A stretch of DNA of 64,000 nt from Phallusia mammillata (Eukaryota): assembly GCA_965637545.1 (NCBI GenBank), contig OZ281494.1, positions 10,478,001 to 10,542,000 on the forward strand, in the 5' to 3' direction. This document shows positions 36,801 to 48,408 of this stretch, piece by piece (position 1 is the stretch's first letter; the number at the start of each line of letters is the position of its first letter). Made by a program: the position numbers and the translations under genes. Under the pieces are notes generated by a model that worked only from the letters and a program-made list of their open reading frames with translations, was not told the DNA's origin and searched no databases.

Positions 36801-37599
36801 ATTTTTTCATATGGTTGGTAAATAGATACTTAAGCTCTGGGAATACGTCCTGTGTAGTTGATAAAAGGCCCAGTTTTAATCAACTTTTGTATAGTTTAGC
36901 ATTTACTATGTAGTGTATTAGGGAGGAATGAAAATGTTTTGAGTTGAGGAATTCATCGATCAAGGTTGAAGACCACTGCGTTAAACAATTAACAATGTGA
37001 TGGTAATTTCGTAGACTGTTAGCGGCACCTAAAGACATACCACAGAAATTTCTAATGCAGTTCTTGCAGTTTTGGTTTTGCATCGAATCGCTCTCGTTCT
37101 CACGAACCTGGCATTTCTTCCATGAGATGCATTTTGCCATGCAGCGCTGCTTGGAATTGTCTTCACCAGAACGGTGAGTGCTTGCACCACTTGGTTTAGG
37201 TGAACTGGGGAACCAGTTACTTGCTTAAGAAAAAAGTGCATGCTTTTATGAATGACAAATCGTTTATTTCGGATAGATTTTAGTTAAAGTAATTGCATTA
37301 TAGCTGAAATTCATAGAAATCGAACTTTATGGGTTTTATGAGGGCCTACTCTTACTCAGACAAGATTCGGCTATAGGCGTCATAAAACATTTTTTTACGC
37401 GCCTACATTGTATGCAACGAGTGCACTGATGGTACACGATTCAAATGCTTATTTTACACAAAAGTGGTTAGCCTCTTATATCATAAACCAGTTGTACGAC
37501 ATATTTAAGTGTGTACAAAATGAAGGAGTTTTACAAAAAATCCTTGTACCAACCTTGAGCAACAACTAAGCACACCGCCAGAAACAACAATGTTCGCAT
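33854..37599 (-). pseudogene. Disrupted paralogue C of gene B (inverted copy)
   Basis: Exons 37599-37554 (MRTLLFLAVCLVVAQ), 37223-37041, 36625-36471, 36231-36082, 35631-35482, 34873-34677, 34460-34311, 34017-33854 (..YGGLYI*). Lesions: exon 3 is 155 nt versus 150 in B, and the alternative acceptor at 36611 gives an in-frame TAG; exon 7 is 197 nt (1-nt loss in a T8 run near 34798-34805); the exon 8 donor is GC instead of GT. Confidence 0.78.
34963..35121. mobile_element. Short hAT-type MITE in an intron of gene C
   Basis: TIR cagtggcggtattc / gaatcccaccactg; degenerate TSD attcaaat / attcgagt. Absent from the matching intron of B. Confidence 0.7.
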
Positions 37600-38629
37600 A
37601 ATTGCGGACAGCCACTACTCTGCAAAATACAAAATAACGACCTTAAAGGCACATAAGAACCAATCACCACTGACACGTTATGTATTAGTACATAGAATCA
37701 ACTTACCTTTTATTGCCCCGTAATTCATTTGTTGAATTTCATAAAAACATGAAGCTGAAATAAAGTCAAATCTAAGAGCTTGTTTTCCGATCGACACTTT
37801 ATAACTTAAATAGGCCTCCAGGCATGCGAATTGCAAATGTTGATGCTGGAATATTGTGACTGTAATCTTAGGCCCTGAGGCTTCGTTGCGTATTTGCAAA
37901 TTGATACCTGCGCTTACCTTATGGAAATGTCAAAAACTTTGTGGCCTTTTTCTTCAGTTTGGCTCCATAAGTTTACCCTTGTTACCTCTACGCCAGGATT
38001 ACGTGAGAACGAGGAATTTGAAAACAAGTTTGCCTCAACAAAAGTATAACAGACACAAGAACAACTAAATAGTTATCAACCACGGTCAAATACAACGTTT
38101 TGCAAAAAAAATATTTTCTGTACAAACAGCAGATTGTGGTTTCGGAAGCAAAGTTGTACATTCTTTAAATTATTGAGCAGCGGCGCAATGTCCGAGTCAT
38201 GTTAGAAACGTGTAAAGAGGTAGAGCAACGCGAAATAGGCGTTTATAAAGAGACAATGGCGATTAAAAGTAAAAAAAGCGAATAGAACGCTTCGATGCGC
38301 ATAAGCGAACACGGTAGTGAGGTCGCTACAACCTAACAGCAAAATCGACTATTTCGATATGCCAGTGTGTAAAAGGTAAACCACCAGGCAAAACTGCTAA
38401 TAAAATAAAACAAACAAACAATACAAAAGCAAAACCGTGATGTGTTGAAATCGTATGTACACTTATTGCCATTATCTTGTACACAAATTGTGTCTGTGTG
38501 GTTCATTTTAAGTAAATTTGATTTCTAGCCCAAGCTTTTATCAACGTAGTTGCACAGAGGTGTTGTTCAATATTTTAATGTAAATTGTTGACCAACACTT
38601 ATTTGATTGAAAAAATGTGTTTGCTCTTT

Positions 38630-41335
38630 TTACTCATATGACGGGGGTTGGTCAACATCCGTTAGGTGGGTGGTGTCTGCCGTGTTAAACGCCTCCTGGT
38701 ACTTCGCCTGTGCATGTACAGCACCAGTCGGGTAGTTGTTTAACGCCACCACGTGGCTGTTTGTTGTTGCTTTAGACGCCGCTTGGTCGGGCTGTTGTTG
38801 TGGGGCAGCTTGTAAGTATATCGTTTGCGGGATGTCTGAGTTGGTAACACCTGCGAAAATTAAATTCATATTCAGCATCCAGTACGCAATTCGTGTTTAT
38901 CACGCGTACATACATGACTTTACAAGTTTTAGTCAGGCAGGATACACAAAGGAATTAAAAACATGGTCGCTCGGACCCATTGTGTTACACGTACTACCAG
39001 GGGTATAATTAAGGCACAACCGCAGTAACATATGTAATTTTTTATGTTTTTTGTAAGCTAACCTTGCACAACATAAGGCACAGTTTGTCCAAAGGCTTGG
39101 TTGGTCGTCACATACATCACATTGCCCCCTGACAGCTGCTGCAAATAAAATGATTATGGATAAAGCGTGCTTTGCAAAACGTAGTTTTTGCAGATGTACA
39201 CAACTACTGATGCAATTTTGTTCAGGCTTAGTAGATACATAGGAGACCTTTATTGAAATAGGAAGCCGTGAATAATAAAAAAAAGGTTGTATGCAATAAA
39301 TATATTCAAACAACCAGCAACATTTAGACACAACTTTATTAATGAAGTTCCCTACTTGATTTTGGTCGCAGCAGCTCCCGCAACAGTTTGAAGACCCCAT
39401 ATTAATGGGAGAAGCACAACAACACAGAGCAGCACTAGCAATGCACAGCACCAAACTGACAAAACTGAGCACTGCAACAGTAACCTCGATTCCCACTCCA
39501 AAGCTGTAACCCTGCAAATGTATTTAGGGCATTAATAAAAACATACCCGGTCCAAGCGCTACAGCACCCTGGCAAAGAGGGGTGATTGTGATTTGATGCA
39601 GTGTTAAGCTCAATTCATTTGGCACGCAGTCATTGAAACGTGTCTTATAAGTGGAGTCGCACATTAAGTTCAAGGTAGGTCAAATAGTTTGTACGTTGGC
39701 ATTCTGTCTATAAGCAACAATGTTGTAATGAGCGAAAGCAATCTTAATAACTTGACACAAGTACCAAACGTGGGCGATAAAAAAACATTTGTTATTTGCT
39801 TAAAATCTAAATAGATCATTCAATGAAAACTCCTGTGAAGACCGCAGGCGGGTTCTGCCAATTTTTTACACTGCGTTGCAAAAAAAACTTTGAAAAACAC
39901 TAGGTACAAAGATAGAAAACCATCTTACTTCATATGTAAATGCCATTGCTAGTGCTATAGCAAACATGGCAACAGAGAAGCTGGCTGCAACAATCGAAAA
40001 GGCCAAATGACAATTGACCTGAAAAAAGAGTATTGTTTTATGTTGCTTGTGTTGTTTGTAAAAAAATAAGTGGTTTCAGCAACAAATATTTTGAAACAGC
40101 AATTATTTAAAACAGCAATAACCTGTACCAATACGTAAAATGTTGCATGGTCACAATTACAATGACATCATACAAAGTTTGTTTACATACCAAGCACGAA
40201 GTAACAGTTTTCTTCCCGCAAGCAATGCCCAAAGATCCACCAATAATAACCTGCAGATAGTATTTGGTAATACCAATGTTCGTTTTTTAGTAAATATAGT
40301 GGAAGCGGATCAGGTAGATAATAGTTTGTTGATCTAATTTCCTTAAAGTGTTAAATAAATTACCCAAACTCCTCCCCAAAGACCTTCACCGACGTTGAAA
40401 CAGTATCTTAAGTATGCACTGTAAGCGGGAACAGAATAGCAGCGATGATCTTCCCGGTTGTTGATGTATGCCACCGCGACAGTTCCTAACAAAGAGCAGA
40501 TCAGGCCAAGGACAGTTTCCGTCGCCTACACAATAAAGGAAGAATTCAGTCGCTGCAAAATATCTACTTATGACAAAACTTTAATTAAAATTTCCAGTAT
40601 TTCCCAGCTTGGATCGTGGAAGTACATTATTTTTACATATTTTTTGAGAAAAATTTAACTCTTTTAGGCTTCAATAGTTTTAAGCTCCTATGTTTTTAAA
40701 CGCAAAGACATAAATTTCACCACTTTGGGTACTTTACAATGATTTAACAGTACGTCAACGGAGCCACTAAAAAGTTATGTCATGTAAAAAATGGGTGTGC
40801 TAAGTTTATGTTGTGATATCAGCCAGGTAAATACTGTTACATATGTCTACATGTCGACAATACGCCACAGATTGTACTTTTAGGTTTGCCGCAGCTGTCA
40901 TGCCCTTGCACTCATTGTCTTGTTGTGTAACACAGTATTGCGTAACTTTAGTTACATTTAGTTACAATACCAACTTTTTTCAAAAATAACTCTTCCACTC
41001 TTGCAGCTTAGTTTTATAAGCTGCAAGAGTGGTTTGAATTACCAGACGAGTGGGAAATCAACCACAACCCTAATACACCGTTTTATATTGCATATTGGGC
41101 CTTAAATATTTTCCAATCCTGTGTATTGAAGTAAGATTTACTCCCGCATTGTAACTAAACAGATAAAACACGTAATACCACATTGTTACAGAAAATTGGC
41201 ATCAAATATTACCCCGAGTGCTCGTAAGTTATTCTTGTTTTTGCTCATTCTGGCTTCGTCGTTAGCACCGCTGCTTGGTATTCCAACTACAACGCCTTGG
41301 CTGTCACTCTGCTGATGTACATGTTGGGTTTGCAT
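38630..41335 (-). CDS. MS4A/CD20-like four-transmembrane protein M1 (7 exons, ~295 aa)
   Basis: Exons 41335-41213, 40525-40364, 40250-40191, 40018-39929, 39511-39356, 39138-39063, 38850-38630. Motifs: ..LRALG|ATETVLGLIC (TM1), GEGLWGGVW|VIIGGSLGIACGKKTVTSCL (MS4A-type TM2), two more hydrophobic segments, ALCCC after TM4, C-terminal PPSYE. Confidence 0.88.
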
Positions 41336-43548
41336 TTCGTTGTATCACAAATGAAACTGAGCAATTTTCAATTTTCTACAAACTAGGTAGAATGTTCGGG
41401 TAATGTAAGCAAGTATTTAATTCGAATGCAAAAATGGATTTGTTTGAGGTTTTACAAATGTTTTGTTCTGCAAGCATACTCCATTTCATAATAAAACAAT
41501 CTAAATACCTCTAAAATGAGAATTATTTCAACTGGAGACATACAACTAACAATAACCGCATAAAAAGATCTATCCTGTTGCTTACGTAAAACCGAAATAT
41601 CGAAACTAGATTGCGTATTTCTAGTTTCTTTCCTAAAAACAATTTTTAAAGAAAAGTATATGTTTACCATATTACGCAATCTAGTTTAACTTAATTTTGA
41701 TATTTGTTGCCTAAGCCTAACCCAAGCCATTTAATAATGTTGTTGTTTTAAACCCTTTTCATTCAATGCAGTATTTACATCTACAGTAAAAATCCACAGG
41801 ACCACAGTGCACTAAACGCCAACATCGTTAGCCCATGTTCTCGGTTCTAATGTATTACGTAGCCTGTTTCAAACAATGGTTATATTCGAGTGACAACGAC
41901 ATTATTAAATATCTAGAAATAAACCTCAGTTTAACATCACAGGTCAATTTTACTTCAAAATCACAATAAAACGTTGTCGATTTACACCACTATTACCCAA
42001 CTTTTTTTCCTGTACCGCCTCTTTTAGGTCTACATAACTTATAAACGCCCCCCCTTATAACTGACAAAAATCGAAACGATTTCATTTCACGTACAATATC
42101 AATGCGATAATTATGACTCTTATGAGCCTAATCTTTAACAAGCTAGGTTTTTGCACTTGAGATATAAACAAGCTAATGTGCAATTCAACATGATACCACA
42201 CACTTCAGACAGAGCTCATTGCTTTCAACTTGGTACCATTGATGGGCCAAAACTGCAATTGTTCTGTCCAGACGATCACGCTCGATCGGTGCATCGTGAC
42301 GGTCACGCACCGTTTCCCTTTACAGTTTTTTTTACTTATTTCAATGCCCCCGTTTCAGCCCCCAAGGTCGTATTTAAGCTGCAGAGGTCCCTCCTGCATA
42401 AATATATAAGCCAACGCTAGGTAAAACATCAACGGTTTTTAATTAACAAACCTAATTGAAAACAAATTTGGGTACGCGTGCTCCACTATAAGTTTTTAAA
42501 AAGGAGTCACTTATATTCGTAAGGATCCTGCTTCCGTACATCAGCAGTGAACAAATCAAACGTTTAATCTGATGTCAGCAAACCTGTTTGTGATTGGCCT
42601 GTTGCATTATTGTGCAATTAAGCAAGTAATCAATTCGTGGTACGCTTTCATAGTGATGTTCAACGCTCGGATTTGTTAATGCAACCGTGCGACCGAGCAT
42701 AAAAAATTGATTGTTCTTGGTTCGGTCAAGCACGACCCTAATTGGAGACGGGCATGCGAGCGTTTTTGCACAAAACTGTGCAGGTCAAAATGTGTGCACA
42801 TTTTTCGAAAATGTGCACGTGCCAAAATGTGCAGTCGCTCAAATGAAGTATTGATATTTAACGTCAAGCTATGCAAAATTTTAAAGCACGTACATAAACA
42901 TTTATGACTGTGTGCTCAACAAAACTAACGATTGCACGTCATGACTGATTTACAAAAAAACAGAAGACGTACAAGTTAGATAAATATTATAATGCGTGAC
43001 CACTAGTCTTGTTGTAGAATTTGCAGCAGCTCTCTGTAGGTTGGAAAGCTGTCTGTGTATACATTTCACATGATGATTTTTGTTCAGTTTTTTTTTTAAT
43101 TTTGTATTTTCTGTACAAACAGTAGATTGTGGTTTCGGAAACAAAGATGCACATTCTTTAAAGTTTAAATTCTTTGCAGCGGTACAACCTTAACCATTCA
43201 GTCGTTGTTGTTTTTTAAAAGAAAACTAAAATAGTTTTTATCACCTAACAGTGTTAACGGTAAACTTAACTGTTTCGATGTGCCAGTGCGGATAAAAAAG
43301 TAAACCACAAGGCAAAACTGCAAATGAAATATATATACAAACAAACAATACAACAGCAAACCGACATGTGTTGAAATAGTATGTACACTTATTGCTAGTA
43401 TCTTGTACACAATTTGTGTCTGTGTGGTTCATTTAGGGAAATTTCTTGCGTAATCTTTTTATCAACGTAGCGGGCAATCGTATTGTTCTATATACCAAGG
43501 TAAATTGTGGACTAACACTTATTTGGTTTGTAAAACGCCTTTCCCTTC

Positions 43549-46522
43549 TTACTCGTATAATGGAGGTTGGTCGTCATCCGTTAACTGGGTGGTGTCTGCG
43601 GTGTTAAACGCCTCCTGGTGCTTCGCTTGTGCAGCACCAGTCGTGTAGCTTTGTGGCGCCACTGTGTGACTGCTTGTTGTGGGTTGCAATGACGTTTGGT
43701 GGGGCTGTTGCTGTGGGGCAGCTTGTAAGTAAACCGTTTGGGGGATAGCGGTATCGGGAACGCCTGGATAAATGAAGTTCATATTCAGTGTCCAGTAAAG
43801 TACTAGTGTTTATCACGTGTACATCCAGAACTTTACGTTTCAGTAAGGCATGGATGATATAAACACTGCAGATTTAACTGTTCTGTTCTATTTTCATTGA
43901 CAAACACGTGTACGCATAAAGAATTTTCATTCCCACAAAGCAAAATGTTAAACAACCACCAGAAGAGAATTGGGAATTTACAACATGGTCGCTCGGACCC
44001 ATTGTGTTATAAGTACTACCAGGGGTGTAATTAAGGCACAACCGCAGAAAGATGTAAATTGCCATGTTTTTTTAGTAATCTAACCTTGCACAACATAGGG
44101 CACAGTTTGAACCATCGTCTGTTGCGGTCTTTGTCCAAAGGCTTGGTTGGTCGCCACATACATCACATTGCCCCCTGACAGCTGCTGCAAATGAAATGAT
44201 TATGGATAAAACGTCCGTTGCAAAAGCTACTTTTGGTAGATGTACACGCCTGTTGATACAATTTTGTTCGGATTTAGTGGATACACAGGCGACCTTTATT
44301 AAAATAGGAAGCCGTGAATAAAGAAAAATATATGTCCACTGGTTTAATTAAATAATCAGGGGCACATTTGAATGGACAACTTTCTTTAATATTACTTTAT
44401 GACTGTCAAACATTTTTTTCAATGAAATTCCCCACTTGATTTTGGTCGCAGCAGCTCCCGCAACAGTTTGAAGACCCCATATTAATCGGAGAAGCACAAC
44501 AACACAGAGCAGCACTAGCAATGCACAGCACCAAACTGACGAAACTGAGCACTACAATAGTAACCTCGATTCCCACTCCAAAGCTGTAACTCTGCGAAAA
44601 ATTTGATGGACTTTTGATAAAAAGCATGCATGGTCTTAAACGCTATAGCAAACCAATAAACATATGGTAATTGTAATTTCGTACAGTCTTAAGTTAAAGT
44701 CATATAGCATGCAGCCGTGGAGAACAAGTCATTGCATTAGAGTCGCACACTAAGCCGAGTCAAGTCATTTCTTGTGAGTTCGCTTCTCCTCAATTAGCAA
44801 CAATGTTGGAATGAGCGACAGCAACACCAAACGCGCGCTATTCGACACAAATTGTACACTACGTACAAAGATACAAAACTACCTTACCTCATATATAAAT
44901 GCCATTGGTATCGCTGTTGCGAACATGATAGCAGAGAAGATGGCTGCAACGATCGAAAAAGCCAAATGACAATTAACCTGGAAAAAATGTTATGTTTCAT
45001 GTTGTTTGTACAAAAAGGAAAAATGGATTATGTACATTTAAATTGGAACAAGTGGTTCCAGAAACAAGTACTTTACAACCGCAATTATTACTAGCAATAA
45101 CGAAAAAGGTTGGATGGTCAGAAATACAATGCCAGTTACTACAAAGTTTGTTTACATACCAAGCACGAAGAAACAGTTTTCTTTCCACAAGCAATTCCCA
45201 AAGATCCACCAACAATGACCTGCAAATCGTATTTGTTAATACCAATGTTCGTTTTTTTAGCAAATATCGTGGAAGCGGATCAGGTAGATAATAGTTTGTT
45301 GATCTAATTTTCTTAAATATTACTCTAACTTCAACTAGTTTTAAATTTATTACCCAAACTCCTCCCCAAAGACCTTCACCGACGTTGTAACGGTATCTAA
45401 GGTATGTACTGTAATATGGACAAGGATAGTAGTTGGAACTGTATGAACTACTTCCATAGTAGCATGGATCGTATGTATGATCTTCTTGGTTGTTGATGTA
45501 TGCGACCGCGACAGTTCCAAGCAATGAGCAGATCAGGCCAAGGACAGTTTCCGTTGTCTACAGAACAATGGAATAATTTAGTTGCTTTAAAATTTGTACT
45601 TCGAACAAAGCTTTACTGAAATACAATATTACCCAGCTTGGAGCAGGGGGTATTATTTTTATTGAGAAAAATTAGGATCTTGCTAAAAACTTTAAATTCA
45701 ACTTTTCTGATTAAAAGTTATTTCTTGTTTAAACCCTGTTAAGTTTTAAGCTCATGCAGATAAAACGAAGTTTTAAAACGCAAAAACATACATTTCACCA
45801 CATGGCTACATTAAGATTTTAGATGACTAACAGGGCGTGGTCAAAAACGGTTAGCACCTAATCAGTTCATACGTGAACAGACCCACTAAAAAGTTTTGTC
45901 ATGTAAAAAATGGCGGTGTTGTGGAAACAGGGTGGAAAGAAATTTGACTACTGTGAAACAATTAGTTAACATTTTATTTATAGAATAAAATCAGTCAGGT
46001 CAATTCGTACGCTCATACTGTTAACTATGTCTACATGTCGACAAATCGTAATAGGTTGTATTTTTAGATTTGCCATCGCTGTGACAAAAGCCCTTGCATT
46101 CATTGTCCTGTTGTGTGACACACTATCGCGTAATACTGAAGCCAGTCATACCTCAGTATGAATTTTCACGTTGCAATACCAACTATTGCTAAATAGTGGT
46201 TTTAAAAGCTGCAAGAGTGGTTTAAACTGGATGAGTGGGAAATCACAACCAAATACACCGTTTTCCTATTAAATATATGGCCTTAAATTCCAATCGTGTA
46301 TATTGATTAAATAAGAATTAATCCTACATCGTAATTAAACAAATAAAACACGCAACACCAATTTTTGTCATACAAAATTGGAATTAATCAACTATTTACC
46401 CCGAGCGCTCGTAAGTTCTTCTTGTTTCGGCGCATTCTGGCTTCGCCGTTAGCATTGCTGCTTGGCATTCCAACTAAAACGCCTTGGCTGTCAATCTGCT
46501 GATGGACCTGCTGAGTGTGCAT
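43549..46522 (-). CDS. MS4A/CD20-like four-transmembrane protein M2 (7 exons, ~315 aa)
   Basis: Exons 46522-46400, 45557-45354, 45219-45160, 44977-44888, 44591-44436, 44184-44085, 43763-43549. Frame open, same phases as M1, ends PPLYE. Confidence 0.88.
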
Positions 46523-48408
46523 TTCGTTGTGACACAAATGAAACTGGACAAGTTTCAATTTCCTACAAACTGCGTAGAATGTCGGGGTAATGTACAAAAG
46601 TTTTTAATTCGAATGAAACAATGGATTTGTTTGTCACGGAGTTTTAACAAATACCATGTTGATGCAAACATGATTTTTTTGTTTCATTATAAAACAATTT
46701 CAACAATTAAGAATTATTTCAACTGGAGACGTACGACTAACAATAACCGCACAAAAAGCAAAAAATACATTTTCTTGATAAAACCAACCAAAATATACAT
46801 ATCTCTATCGGTAAAAATGACATTTAAGTCGAGAATATGGCCGAAAAACTTCGGGTTGGCCTAATAAACGATCCAGTCTAAACTAAAACTTAAAATTTGT
46901 TGCCTTTTCTTAACACAAACCGTTGTTGGCAGTCAATAGTACTGTTGCGTTTCAAACTTTTTTTTAAAATGTAGTAATATCTACAGTAAAAACCCACAGG
47001 AACACAGTACAGTAAACTCCAACATATTAGCCCATGTTCTCGGGTCTAAAGTACGCAGCCCTTTTCAAGCAACGGAAATAAGCATGTGACAACGGCATTA
47101 TCAAATATAGAAATAAACTTCAGTTTAACATCGCAGGTAAAATTTCAATTTACAACAAGTAATAAAAATAACATTCCACACAAATCCGCAAATCCCGTTA
47201 TAACACTAAGCTTCAGCCAAAGCATTATACCATAAATAAATTGCAGCAACAATGGGACTGTAGCGCGATTCGAGTTCCTTGTAAATTTACCTACACACGT
47301 AGCATTATTGGCCGGAAATGACGCTGGTTGTATGACGTTGGTGTATGTATAATTCGGCCTATCTATCGTATTTCAGTGTTATATATGTAAGACTGTGATG
47401 TAAATTATCAGAAATGTTAACACACAGTTGTAACAGTCGAAATTACAAATTTTAGGGACTAAAACCGGTTGGCAAACGTCAAAACCCACAAAATACGACG
47501 TTTGTTAGGACCATGGAAGTCTCTCTATATAACCGAATTGCACTCTATTGCAATAGACGACGTTTATAACTTGCACTCGTAGGGTTAGTTTCACAAAAAG
47601 GTATGTTTGTATGAACTGGACCATGTCAAAACACCATGGGCACCCACAGAGCTTTGTCGTACTGCACGTCGACAATGTAAGCAGTTGGATTTCTGCATTG
47701 TTTTTGTTGTGCGTAGATAAACCAACGTCGCTAAAACTAACTCAGTTTTCTATTTTTAAATTTTTGCTGGCACTAACACAAATGAATATTTACTTATCAT
47801 TCAAGAGAAAAAAACTGTGCTTGTCGTTGCTAATACTGTAGCCGGTGTGAATCAACATGGCAGGAACAGAAAATAACTAAGAGCAATATGTACGACGAAG
47901 TACAGGTTTATTACCCACGCCCCAAATTGAACCATTAAACCTGTCAAAAGTCGGAAAGGATCCATATTTCAACAATAACTTAATATTTTTGTATTTTCTG
48001 TACAAACAGTTCATTGCTTGGTTTGAAAAACAAACTTGTACGTTCCTTTTATGCTATACAGTGGTAAAATCTTAGTAGCAAAATTGTTAAAAGAATTGAA
48101 TAGAAAGGAATTTACTTTGTGTGGTGGCTAACAGTGCTAACAATTTTATCGTGCAAAATTGGGTTACAAGCAAGCAGCCAGTCGAAACTGCTAACAAATG
48201 TATACACAAACAAACAGTATTAAACAAAAGGGCCATGTGTAGAAGTAGTATGTACACTTATTGTTATCATCCTGTATACAATTTGTTAAACGTTCCATTC
48301 AGGTAAGTTCGATATGTAAGCTATTTTCCAACAACTGAATTGCCCATTGGTGTTGTTCGCGATAAATGTATATTGTTTTATTTTGTTCAAAAAATGCCTT
48401 GCACTTTG

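Noticed and set aside
38933-39517. 194-aa ORF as a stand-alone gene (likewise 44997-45524, 48441-48875)
   Set aside because: Only part is MS4A exon; the remainder is read-through into introns, shown by canonical splice sites and loss of similarity among paralogues.
39590-39740. Extra MS4A exon in intron 4
   Set aside because: Patchy similarity between M1 and M2 introns, but the M2 frame has stops, M3 lacks the segment, and exons 4 and 5 join in frame without it.
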